A program made the translations under genes and the position numbers. A DNA stretch of 59,182 bases, filler included, from Asterionella formosa (taxonomy: Eukaryota), in assembly GCA_002256025.1 (NCBI GenBank). It is 5 parts of 5 records of this genome, joined end to end, with 100 filler letters (N's around TTAATTAATTAA, not from the genome) between each part and the next. Parts side by side here need not be neighbours in the genome. Positions count along the whole stretch, not along the records: positions 47,449 to 59,182 come from NKIB01008202.1; 4 more parts are not named here. One strand, given 5' to 3'. Under the pieces are notes generated by a model that worked only from the letters and a program-made list of their open reading frames with translations, searched no databases and had not been told where the DNA came from. Positions 47,700-59,182 of this stretch are shown here, piece by piece; position 1 is the stretch's first letter; the number at the start of each line of letters is the position of its first letter.

Positions 47700-48015
47700 C
47701 CTGATTGGCTATCTTGATATTATTGTTGGCGGGACACTTATCAGTTGGAAGAACTCTAGATGACAAGCATTGTAGGTTAAACTATATAGCACAGAAGCCA
47801 AGTATGTCAATTTCCCAGTGTGCACAAGAGATCAAGTTCTTAGCTATGATACTGAATGAGCGAGGTTCCTAGCAGTTAGGTCATTCTAGCAACCTAGCAT
47901 CATGATACATGAATTAAGACAGAACTACTTTTATCGCCAAGAATCAGTAGATTGGAACAAGAACTAAGCAAATTTATATACTGAGCATCATTATGTGAAA
48001 GAAATAATCAAGGAT
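47700..48015 (+). mobile_element. Copia RNase H remnant
   Basis: IIVGGTLISWK, YSTEAKYV, SQCAQEIKFL, FIAKNQ.IGTRTKQI, HHYVKE across frameshifts. Confidence 0.75.
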
Positions 48016-49216
48016 ATGCAAACAATGGGTGCCGTTTTCAGCCTCCGACATGGTATCCGGCTCGCTCATTTGTTTGATTTTTGCCATGCATTTCATCATG
48101 TTTATCATTCACTAATTTACTTTGGAATTTACTATTGCCCAATTCTAAACTCGTGACATTTGCAAAATGTTGTATGAATTACAACTTCCTCAAAAGTATG
48201 GAATTCATGGCAAGCATTTTCAGGGATCACTCTTGCAATTACAGGGAATGGGCGGGCTCAAGAGATGTGTACTACGAATTCTTTGTTTTTCATCGAATTA
48301 CAATTTTGACTGTGGTGGCTGCGTTCAATCTCAGAGTACACTAGGTAGCCCCCACCATGTTAGCTGGCATATAATTATTTAGCTGAGATAATGCGATCCT
48401 TTTGCTGGTATATAATTTAAGCTGAGATAATGCGATCCTTTCTTTCGTTTAGAGAAAGCGCTAGAGTGTACCAACAGTTGTTGTGCGTGAGTAGCTGGAG
48501 AATCCTTCATCATATCACCTCAGCTTTGACCATGATGGAAAAAACAAATATCTCCATGAAAAATGAGAACAAGCAACACTTTGCTATTGGGTACATATAT
48601 TAAGCATATCATACAGACACTCCCATTGATATATCAATATTATTATCAACATGTCAAAATATTTGAATGATCAATCAGTTTGTTAACGTTTGCTGAGTAA
48701 AACGTTAGATCTAATGAAGAAATCTATTCACAGATGTACACATGCCCATGTACCACTATCCTACTCATATACATACAAAATTACATGTATTGATATATAT
48801 ACATACAATATTCTACAAAACGATAACTATTATTCACATTAGATGATAAATCGAATTTATATGATCATATGATCGCCAATATAAGATGCATCACACGAGT
48901 TAGATGATTTCTATTTGCAGACATGAGAAAACTTGAGTGACAGTTTTCTCGGAGGGGGTACAACATTTCAAGATGCAAGAAAATCCTCTACCTCAATTTT
49001 GTAGTGACTTTCATGTACCCACTCACTGTCGTGGTCCATATTTCTATGGAATCTTGATAAGGTCATTTGACAGTTTACTATAGACATACTTTCAGCCATT
49101 CAACAATACACTGCTTGTTCTGTAGGCAAATAAAAACTTCGCATCGGGGAAATGATCACGAACTCCCCTGACTGATGGTTTATGCATTTTGCGACACTTT
49201 TATGCAAAAAATGTAT

Positions 49217-52200
49217 TCTTTCCAGCGCAAATCCGACGCCACCCTTGCCATGATCCAAAATCACGTCGATCAGCAGCGCACCAACCTTCGATCCATGCAG
49301 ACCAACAGCACCATCAGGCTCCTGACAACTGCACCTGAATCACAGCACCATTTGATCCATGACACAGCCACTGAATCCATGATCCCGGCCCCACTCCGCA
49401 CCCACACCATCTTTGCGGAATGCCACCTCATGACAGGTAAACTTGCCACAGATATGCCAGGTCGGTTCCTTGTCTCCTCCAGTCGGGGCAACAGTTACAT
49501 GGTGGTTGTCTACAATTACGACAGCAATTACATCCATGCCAAACCCCTGTGCTCTCGCTCTGGCACTGACATCCTTGCGGCCTACAAGAGCAGCGTTGCC
49601 TTGCTCACCAGCCGTGGCCTCACACCACGCCTCCAAAGTCTTGACAATGAGGCGTCCCAGGCACTCCAACAGTTCCTCACTGACAAGTCCATCGACTATC
49701 AACTGGCGCCCCCACATGTCCACTGTCACAATTCGGCTGAATGGGGCATCGATTTTTTAAGAACCACTTCATCGCTGGACTCAGTGGTACTGATCCCGAC
49801 TTCCCCCTACACCTCTGGGACCGTCTTCTTCCACAACCCGTCCTTACTTTGAACCTACTCCATGCCTCTAGAATTAATCCCTAACTCTCCGCCCAGGCTC
49901 AGCTCCATGGCGCGTTCGACTTAAATCGCAAGCCCCTTGCTCCTGCAGGAACACACGTCATGATTCATGAAAAGAGCTCCATGCGAGGTACTTGGGCACC
50001 AAATGCAGTCCACGGATGGTACTTGGGTCTAGCAATGCATCATTATCGGTGCTACAAGGTGTATGTCAAAGAAACAGCTGCTGAACACATAGCCAACACC
50101 CTTGCCTGGTTTCCACGGCATGTTTCCATGCCACTCCAGTCCAGCACTGACACTGCCACGGCAGCAGCCCAAGCTCTCATACATGCCCTACTTTGTCCAG
50201 CACATACCACGCCCATCGCCACCATCAACAACCAACAACGCGACGCCCTCACACAACTAGCACACATCTTTGCTACGTGACCTCTCCCGGTCTGTCACCC
50301 CAAGTTCTTCCACTTCAACTTCCACCAAACAATGCAGTCCCACTTGTGAGGGTGGACACACCCCTGACACATGCCCAAAAGCTGCCCCCGCTCCCCGCTG
50401 CACCCCTGCCGCTTGCCCCTGGGCTGCCACCACTGCCCCTCCTGGCTCCACAAAATGTTTTCCCTGCGCACACGACGCCACCAACAACACTGCTGTTGCC
50501 GCCAACAACCGCCCATCTGGCCCCAAAGGCTGCCCCATGTCCAAGGGTGGCGCCTCCGATACAAGCAGCCACATCCTCACGAGCACCACCAACCTATGCC
50601 ACTGTCACGGGCAATGCCAGGCGCCGCCGTCGCCTTGCCGCCAAAGCACAGCTCTCACCCGTTGTTCCTCCTCCATGGCACGTCCCCACCACGCGCTCAC
50701 ACGCTTCCCAATGCCACTCCCAAGGTCCGACCCCTGGCACCACCCACTTCTCTGCCCTGTGCTCAGCCTTTGCCACCAACAACAGTCCTCTCCCCACCAC
50801 AGCTCCGCCGCGTGAACCCCACAAGGCAGGCGGTTATTCCCCCTCTGCCCATGCAATCATAGATCCCACATCAGGCGCTGCCCAGTTGTACTGCCAACTT
50901 CGCAAAGGTCCTGATGGAGCCGACTGGATCCAGAGTGCAGCTAATGAGATTGGCCGCTTGGCTCAGGGCGTCTTACCACACATGCCCAGTGGCACCAACA
51001 CCATACATTTCATCAGGCACACCGACATACCCGCCAACCGACGAGCAACCTACTTGCGCATTGTTGCTGAACTCCGCCCGCTCAAAGCCGAAACCAAATG
51101 GGTGCGATTCACGGTAGGCGGTAACCAAATTGACTCCTTCCCTGGTAAAGTCAGCACCCCCACAGCCAACCCCACCCCTGTTGAACAGTGTGCTCTCCAT
51201 GCCCCAGGCCAAATTTGTGATCGCCAACATCGCCAATTTTTACCTCAATAATCCAATGGCGCGATTTGAATACATGCACATTCCCATTCGTGACATTCCG
51301 CCCTCGATCATGTCACAATACAATCTGCTCCCCCATGTCCATAATGGAAACGTTATGGTCGAAATCCGCAAGGGCATGTATGGGTTGCCACAGGCCGGCA
51401 TCATTACCAACACACGCCTTGTCAAGCACCTTGTCAAGCACCTTGCCACCCATGGCTATCATCCTGTTGCTAACACTGCCGGACTCTTCACATATGCCTA
51501 CCGACCCATCACGTTCTGCCTCATCATTGACGACTTTGGCATCAAGTATGTCGACACTGGCAACATCAACCATCTTTTCCAGGCCCTCCGCGAACTCTAC
51601 ACTATCACCACTGACCTGTCTGGCACCAAGTACTGCGGCCTCACCCTCCACTGGGACTACACTGTCCATACATGTGATGTCTCCATGCCTGGATATATCG
51701 CCAAGGCTCTGCTCCACTTCCAACACAGCCCACACGCCTGGCAGCGCCCCCTCTATGGGGCACTGACGCAACTCACAGCTCCTTGCGATGACTTCGCCCT
51801 TCTAGATGCCGCCGGCGTCCGGCGCATCCAAGAAGTGATTGGTGTCCATCTGTACTATGCCCGCGTAGTGGACAACACCCTCATTGTCGCCCTTGGCTCC
51901 CTTGCCTCAGCTCCCCACTCCGAAAAAACCGCAGAGCCCATCGTTCACCTCCTTAACTACTGTGCCACCCATCCCGATGCCATTGTCCGCTTCCACGCCA
52001 GTGACATTTGGTGCTCCACGTCGTCCATTCCGACGCCTCCTACCTCGCTGAGGCCGTTTCACGCAGTCGCTCTGGGGGCTACCTTTTCCTTAGCAACTGC
52101 CCAGTCAATCCTGACATCACCCCCCCCCCCCCCCACCTAACAGCCAGCCACCACCCATCAATGGTCCCGTGCATATACCCAGTAGTATCATGCGGGTTGT

Positions 52201-52795
52201 CCTTTCCTCTGCCACTGAAGCGGAAATGGGCGCACTCTTCTATAACGCCAAGGATGCCGCCTGGCTGCGCACCACACTCAATGATCTAGTCCATCCACAG
52301 CCGCCTACACCCATCCAAACCGACAACGCCTGTGCCGCTGGCATCGTCAATGACATCGTCAAACAGCGCCGGTCCAAAGCCATTGACATGTGATTCTATT
52401 GGGTACGCGACAGGGTGCAGCAAAAGCAATTCATCGTCCACTGGCGACCAGGCTCCGACAATTTAGCCGACTACTTCACTAAGCATCACTTGCCATCGCA
52501 CCACCGCTGCATGCATGACCAATATTTGCTTCCTCCTCCTGGTGCCCCCACTCCATCCACACCGCCCAAGCCTACACCTGCAGTTCCCCTGGCTGGGTGC
52601 CTCCTTTCGCCGGTGGGCGCGGCTTCTGCTCACCATTGTGCTCCATCCTACATGGGCAAGGGTGTGTTGAGAACCCCAACGGTTTCTACAGGTTTCCCGA
52701 CATATTTTGACCCAGCATGAAGTCACTCCAATGACCACTCAGTCCGAAGCAACAACTGTCTCTAAACCACTCAAAGAAGCTTAGTGAGTTCTTCA
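49217..52795 (+). mobile_element. Ty1/Copia (CoDi-type) retrotransposon, 5' truncated: integrase, RT, RNase H, PPT, 3' LTR
   Basis: IN: TDMPGRF..SSRGNSY, LDNEAS, QLAPPH, KNHFIAGL. RT: EIGRLAQG, VRFTVGG, NFYLNNPM, EIRKGMYGLPQAG, IIDDFGIKY. RH: HSDASYL, SSATEAEMGALF, IQTDN, KAIDM*FYW, NLADYFTKHH. Several frameshifts. Confidence 0.95.
52665..52795 (+). repeat. Putative 3' LTR of the Copia element
   Basis: Purine-rich GGGCAAGGGTG directly followed by TGTTG...; ends ...TTCTTCA. No 5' LTR is available to confirm the boundaries. Confidence 0.55.
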
Positions 52796-52804
52796 ATACC
52801 TGGT

Positions 52805-54430
52805 ACCAGGAGAGCGATCCTGCATACCGATACAGATGTATATAGGGTTAGGGATGTATAAAATATATCAGAACAACTCAATATTGAGAGAATTCGACTA
52901 ACAACTTTTGTATACTTTGATGTCGACTTAGTAAATGAGTGGTACATAAGGATTAAATAATAAGCTCATATATTCAACAAATACTACTACTCATAGTTAG
53001 ATACTTCACTTTGAATTCAAAAAGAATCCAATTAGAACGAAACAAACATGGCAATGTATTCAAGGGTTCCTGTCATCCCTTTGATCAAAGATTGTAATGT
53101 ATTTATTGAATATCAAGACTTAGACATTCAGAGTTGCATTAACCGGTAAAAGGTTTGAATTGTTTGATCAAGATATGATTGATGGAAGCTCTGTGCTGGA
53201 AGCATTGTTGATTGGAGTGAATCGATTTCGTGACATGGCTAGCACATGTGCCTTTAGCCCTTGCAGATACCTTTTCCTACTATAAAAGGTGTTTGACCGA
53301 CATTGCCTTATCGGATTGGTTGAATGAGGCAGTACACCCAGAAGATCAATCCTACTACTGATAGTTTTGATGAAGCGATGGTTTTATGGTTAGATGATCG
53401 TTTACCAAACGAAAGTTTTCAACGTCAACGCCAATGGATGCTAGCTACACTACTTATCTAAAACTTTTTCTATGTTGGTAATGGATTTCGGAGCTTCTTG
53501 CATTAAAACTTTGAACAGGCTACTTCAACTAATGCCTCATCCAGAAGATCAAAACGGATTGTCAAAAGAAGATATGCGGATTATCATCATCTGTTCTATG
53601 CCCGATGAGTGGCATCAAGGGTTTGAATTGAATCATGCGAAAACTTCAGACCAATCGATTCGCTCAGTTCTCGCTTTCTTGGAGAGTCAACAGTCATTTA
53701 AAGATCGAAACAAGCACCTTCCCAAGAACAGTTTTCAAACAATCACGCAAAATCGTCTTCGCATTGCTGAAGGCAATCTTGTGGTGCATCAAGAGAATGA
53801 GCGTGTCAGGCGTCAATTATACAACGATAATTTACTCCAAGTGGTTGTGGAAGAGCGCGTGCTATTGTCAATGCAGCCGGTCGTGCATGGGATCTTCAGG
53901 CGACTGTTCGTCTTCAAGCTCTACAAGCCAGTCGTATGTACCATGATTACTTGATGCAATTGTTTTCAGAATCCTCATACTCAAGGTGGTCAAGCAGATT
54001 GCATGGCTGGTCTTCATAATGGATGTGGCCGTTCCAGCTTTGGTGGCCGAGGACATTTTGGTGGTCGTGGAGGTTGCTCACAGAACAATCCTACGGAAAG
54101 CTACCATACTGACACGACTGCTAACCCTGTGCCTGTTCCACTTGCTCGTATGTCAAATGCCTGGGGTCATGATACTCATCAATCCGGTTGGGTTACCGTG
54201 CCAAGTGCTGATCCTACCGAGAATACATCTGCACAGGAAATTTCAGTGGTCACGAACCCTCCTACTGGTCAGCTGGTGACTTTTATCCCTACTACACAAC
54301 AGCAGATTGCTGATTGCCATCACAGAGGTATGTTCGATAATAGCGATGCTACCTATAATGACTCACTGAGTTTATCTCACTTTAGTCATCACCTGAATAA
54401 TATCTTTATTTACAGGTTGAATACACTATG
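52805..54430 (+). mobile_element. Ty3/Gypsy 5' leader and gag remnant
   Basis: IKTLNRLLQLMP...IIIICSMPDEWHQGF, CFQNP, Gly/Arg-rich tail; homologous to 29830-31363 and upstream of Gypsy pol on the same strand. Confidence 0.75.
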
Positions 54431-55074
54431 AATACCGCTGTTGCTGTAACGCGAGACATATCATATAAATGTATAGTGTCTGCAAATAAAAACTATCATA
54501 TTTCCATGATGCATCATAGGATTGTGATCATCTGATCATAATTTTTCGTTATATCATTTAATAATTTTGATAAATGCCCTTGAAATTTAAATAGTAACCC
54601 TTTTGACTACATGTATTTAATTATTTTATCTATTGTTTCTATTAGATTCCTGTATTCGAATTTCTTGGTGGGATAATGTACGAGCTGAAGTAATGCAATT
54701 TGGCTCATCATTTCCATCCGTCTTCACTCTTTTTTTTGCAACAACAACGAAATACTAGCGATGACAAGTGGAATGATTGTGTGCGATAACGACGTCTTCA
54801 ATTGTTGGTCAAATGATCATTATATCTTTGAGTAATCATCATGTGCAGTGAACCTTTGTTCATAATCATTCAATTAAGAGAATACAGAGAAGAAATCATT
54901 CGAACTCTTAATGGTTCCGCACACAGCACACATTGTAAATCCGTTTCGTCGACCACCAGCATTACAATCTCGCAAATCAACCCATAAACAAACACATTCT
55001 ACTTGTTCTCGTTGACATTTTCAATTCTCACATGATACTACATCTACTATTGAGATTCAGCATAGAAGGAGATA

Positions 55075-55976
55075 CGAAAATGTAACAGACTACTGTCCAC
55101 ATAGCTATAGTTATAGAATGTTTCTGATTACAATTTCTTTTTCTTTATAATTATGTTACTTAATATATAAATTCGACTTTAATGTATACAGTAAAAGCCA
55201 ACAGTTAATATGATAGTATTATACGGTGGATAGGATCTAAGTATACGGAATGGATTGATGCATATCACATACCGGTATCCTCAACAACCAGCCATCACAT
55301 TCATTGTCGTGTCGTTTTTCCTTGTTATAGCTGTATTTATGCCGGCATGTGTATTGTGTAAACACTATGCTGGCGGAACATGCATATTACACTGCTGTGC
55401 TCTGTTCAACAATTACTACACTTGGTTACCATCACACCAGCTGCACCTCCACAAGCGCCGCAAAAAGCTCCGCGCTTCCCTTCCACTGTTTTACATCATA
55501 GTCTTCTGGCCCTTTGACAACTTTCCAAATGGAATTAATTTCATGGATTTCATGGAAAGGATCAGTCAAACAAGAAACTTGACTTACTTCCATTGTTTAC
55601 ACTACACGACTTTTATGTCTTCGGAAAAGAAGATGAAGAAACTTATGAAATCAATCGAAGATTCCTTTGAATACACTCAAATAACAAATGAATTTGAGCA
55701 GATTCATAATACTCCAGAAAAATGATGAAGCGAGTATGCCGATACAATAGTGGCAGAGATTGAAAAGAAGGAAAGATTGCTTTCAAAGAGCAGAGGAAAC
55801 CCAAACAGTTGTTCTTCGCAGATGAAGACTCTATTCCTACAGAGTCACAGTTCCATCCAGTGTCGTATTTTGCTCCTCATTCTCCTGAAATAGCTGATAA
55901 TGAAGAAGAAATCAGTGATTCTCATTAATTCGATGAACAAATTCATGCGATGAATGAAAATACCGGCGGAAATGTG
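55075..55976 (+). mobile_element. Second, internally deleted copy of part of the contig-1 large element
   Basis: Reverse-complement match to 11725-11784 and ~10000-10865 (ORF 55255 versus ORFs 10303 and 10215; SEKKMKKLMK.IEDSFEYTQ..NEFEQIHNTPEK). Confidence 0.92.
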
Positions 55977-56289
55977 GTAGAGTTGAGCTGATTTTAGGAT
56001 GCGTTGTAGCAATAATTTACATCGGGCAATCACGAGAATTGAAAATAATATGAGAAGGTTTATGATGTTGATGAGTAATGTTGTTGATCAGTTGATATAC
56101 ATTGTGTGATCCAAAAATTATCATATATACAAAAATCCTGTGCCACTTAGCGTACAACACCCTTGATCCTATATGCATGATACTTTTTATTTGCAGACGC
56201 GATAGACATGACGTCCCACATATATATATCAGGGCCCTATTCCGGTTTCCTGTTTTAATTCTAAGAATATATTTACGTCAATTGATTTG

Positions 56290-58007
56290 ATTCTGATGTC
56301 TCTTTTAGCGCCACGATTGGTGGATGCTATATGTATGCATGAAATGCTATGAGTATTATTTGATACTAGTGGAGGATCCTTATCCTTAATACATGAACAG
56401 GTCATGCCTCAAGGTATTTTTTTGTCCAACGAGACTTCCCAGTCAATACATACCATAGCTCGTACATATTCATCTCATGCCATGATTATTTTATATGACC
56501 TGATTCTCCCTGAATTTAATCGATCTGCTCATATTTTACAACAACGTGTCAAGTTTTTAATGGCCTATGCACATTTGATGCTAGTTTAGGACGTGATTTA
56601 CTTCGTCAAGTTAGTTTAACCATGATTTCGTGAATAACACCACGTCATGTATGGATATGATTGTTCCTACCATGCATCCTCTCGCATTCTTTGATGATGG
56701 AGAACATTTACGTGATGTATTATTGTATTTTGATGCAACTATGATTATGGAATCTTCATAGCTGCTGAATATAATTACGTAAATATTGATACAGTGACAT
56801 AAACAAATGCATTTAACAACAACGCAACGATCGTGTTAACGAACTATATGGGTTAAATATCAAACATTATTTGATGGAATAATAAAAGTTTATCTTATAA
56901 CAGGTACACTTGGAATTATTATCAAATGCCATCCCTTGTCATCAGCGAGCATATCCGGTCGCTCATATTCATTTAGAAGTTTTCAAAACCGAATTACAAC
57001 GGTTGTGTGATATTGGAGTCCTAGAAAAATGTGGTGCCTCTAAATGGGCGTCTCCCACTTTCATTATTTGTAAAAAGGATGGAATTGTCCGATGGGTATC
57101 AGATTTTCGTGAACTCAATAATGTCATCAATCGCAATATATATCCTTTGCCTCGAATACAAACTATTCTCACTAAACGTTCTGGATATGTATTTTTCACC
57201 AAATTGGATGTTTCTATGCAATACTATACTTTCGCATTAGATGTGGAGAGTCAAAATTTGTGCATTATTTCCACTCCATTTGCTTTATATAAATATTTAC
57301 ATCTCCCTATGGCGTTGAAACAATCATCCGACATTGCACAAGAAACTATGAAACAGGTTCTTAGTGATTTAGATGATGTGGAATTTTATATTTATTATGT
57401 GGGTTGTTTTTCAATGAATTTTCCAGATCACCTTCATTTATTGGGACACTATCTTACATCGTTTACAGGCAAATGGTTTTACAAATAATCCATCTAAGTG
57501 TGAATGAGCAGTCCACTTTACACACTCAACGTGTTCTATGGTGGAGACTTTATAATGAAGAATATCATCCTACTTTTCACTATGTGAAAGGGACTGACAA
57601 TGCTATTGCAGATTCCATCTCTCGCCTCCCAAGGCTTGAGTCTTTGGCGGGGGATGATATTGAACCGAAATCTCCAGTATCAACATCCACTTCTACCTTT
57701 TCAATTGAATTAGATGATGAACACCTTTGCTTACCGGTTTCTTTAATCATCCAATCTTGACAGACAATATTCAATATCCTCTGGATTATAAGTTAATACA
57801 TGATAGACAGTTGCTGGATATACAATTGATTCTCAATCAACATACACATTTGTTAAAATTTTCCCTCTATCAATTTTCATGAAACACACTCAACGTGTTC
57901 TATGGTGGAGACTTTATATTGAAGAATATCATCCTAACTTTTCACTATGTGAAAGGGACTGACAATGCTATTGCAGATTCCATCTCTCGCCTCCCGAGGC
58001 TTGAGTT
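56290..58007 (+). mobile_element. Ty3/Gypsy pol remnant (protease, RT, end of RNase H)
   Basis: VLFDTSGG and LGRDLL (protease); WASPTFII.KKDG.VRWVSDFRELN, YPLPRIQ, FTKLDVSMQYY, degenerate YIDD (YIYY); QRVLWWRLY.EEY...YVKGTDNAIADSISRL. Confidence 0.92.
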
Positions 58008-58234
58008 TTAACGGCCTATGCACATTTGATGCTAGTTTAGGACGTGATTTACTTCGTCAAGTTAGTTTAACCATGATTTCGTGAATAACACCACGTCATG
58101 TATGGATATGATTGTTCCTACTATGCATCCTCTCACATTCTTTGATGATGGAGAACGTTTACGTGATGTATTATTGTATTTTGATGCAACTATGATTATG
58201 GAATCTTCATAGCTGCTGAATATAATTACGTAAA
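56551..58234. repeat. Two near-identical local duplications: 56551-56784 = 58004-58234 and 57522-57641 = 57887-58007
   Basis: Direct repeats with only a few substitutions each. Confidence 0.9.
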
Positions 58235-58249
58235 TTATACATTTGAAAT

Positions 58250-58424
58250 CATATATATTAACTAATATACTTTATGATCGATTTATTTATTTTCTATGAT
58301 GTATTGGGTAACACTTGCATACATATTTTATCGTATTTTATTATCATTGTATTTTTTTAACATAATCATATTTTGATTAAAAATATATCATAAACATTTA
58401 AAAAATCATTATAGTTCTATGATC
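58250..58424. repeat. Third fragment of the contig-1 large element
   Basis: Direct match to ~10845-11019 (GGTAACACTTGCATACATATTTTAT; TAAAAAATCAT...AGTTCTATGATC). Confidence 0.85.
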
Positions 58425-58426
58425 AA

Positions 58427-59182
58427 TGTTGATAAAATATATGGAATCCAACGAATCGAGAATCAATATTCTTAGTAGTGATTAGAAACCAAGACCCAAA
58501 AACATCTCGTCATTTATTGACAAATGACTGGAGATGTTACTTATTGACAAGTGAATCAGATGCTCACTTATTGTCAAAAGAATAAGTGCTGCTCACTTAT
58601 TGTCAAATGAATATGCTTACTTATTGTCAAAGTAAGCAAGATCATTTTGACGGGATCAAGGAAAGTGTGAGAAGTCTTGTTCGGGATTACATGAGTAATC
58701 AGGCAAGAACAAGACTAGATAGACTATTAACAGAAAACTCACAATATTACAAAGTGTAAAGTGAAAATACGTTTTCAGCTTTAGAGATCTTAAAAGTAAG
58801 ATCTGTGATATTTCAACTAGACAATTTAACACGTTTTAAAACGAACCTACAGGTCTAGAGACATGGTTACGGCCGATGAGAAATCAGGTGAGACTGTTCG
58901 CTTGATCAAGTTTGATGGAAGCGAAGCTGCTTGGCATGAGTGGAGTATCAAAACTCTTCAGCTTGCGAAATCTAAAGGTTTTAGGCATGTTTATGCCAAA
59001 GACACGAAGCCAATCGACGATGATGCCTATTTGGTGTCTACTGATGATGACGAGAAGAAGAAGTATGAGTTGAATGACAAGGCATATCAGCTATTGATTC
59101 TTAGTGTCAGTGGGATTGCATTTGGGATTGTGAATTCTGCCAAGACAGATGATTTGATGGATGGAGATGCTTTTCTTGCCTG
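58427..59182 (+). mobile_element. 5' end of a Ty1/Copia element (putative LTR and gag), cut by window end
   Basis: Starts TGTTG exactly where the previous repeat ends; five TTATTG(A/T)CAA repeats at 58514-58630; followed by a gag ORF. Confidence 0.7.
58863..59182 (+). CDS. Copia Gag N-terminus, intact to the window end (absent from the ORF track)
   Basis: MVTADEKSGETVRLIKFDGSEAAWHEWSIK...KGF...NDKAYQLLILSVSGIAFGIVNSAKTDDLMDGDAFLA, 106 codons with no stop. Confidence 0.85.
   Translation, partial: MVTADEKSGETVRLIKFDGSEAAWHEWSIKTLQLAKSKGFRHVYAKDTKPIDDDAYLVSTDDDEKKKYELNDKAYQLLILSVSGIAFGIVNSAKTDDLMDGDAFLA

Noticed and set aside
50257..51771. Many overlapping ORFs on both strands
   Set aside because: Alternative frames of the GC-rich Copia pol region.
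52801..52815. TGGTACCAGGAGAGC as a tRNA-Met primer-binding site
   Set aside because: Imperfect, follows a 3' LTR, and is indistinguishable from the common TACCTGGTACCAGG motif.
58510..58635. Short repeats with variable spacers (mini-CRISPR-like)
   Set aside because: Core is only ~10 bp, spacers are related to each other, and the array sits in a putative Copia LTR.

Overview
Eukaryotic nuclear DNA, most likely a diatom (inferred from signal peptide + F-motif + twin-Arg plastid/lumen presequences, diatom-type Copia/Gypsy/LINE motifs, short GT-AG introns and CCCTAA repeats). The window is not contiguous. It holds five contigs of decreasing length (1-11784, 11885-23651, 23752-35503, 35604-47348, 47449-59182) joined by artificial 100-bp spacers (N44-TTAATTAATTAA-N44), so no synteny can be read across spacers. 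Host genes: two paralogous secreted Pro/Thr-repeat proteins, a JmjC-like cupin with two SET-like modules, a CTD small phosphatase, a thylakoid-lumen FKBP, a PsbQ-like lumen protein, a GNAT acetyltransferase, a cupin and a ~990-aa unknown protein. Most of the rest is decayed transposons: Copia, Gypsy, an RNase H-bearing LINE, pogo-like and Mutator-like remnants, and a 1.4-kb TIR element nested in the LINE. The best candidate for an undescribed system is a decayed, multicopy, >8-kb multi-gene element in contig 1. It combines a Plavaka/CACTA-like transposase C-terminus with a Ulp1-like cysteine protease, a 2OG-Fe(II) dioxygenase and an accessory ORF. All family assignments are by-eye motif recognition; no database searches were run.
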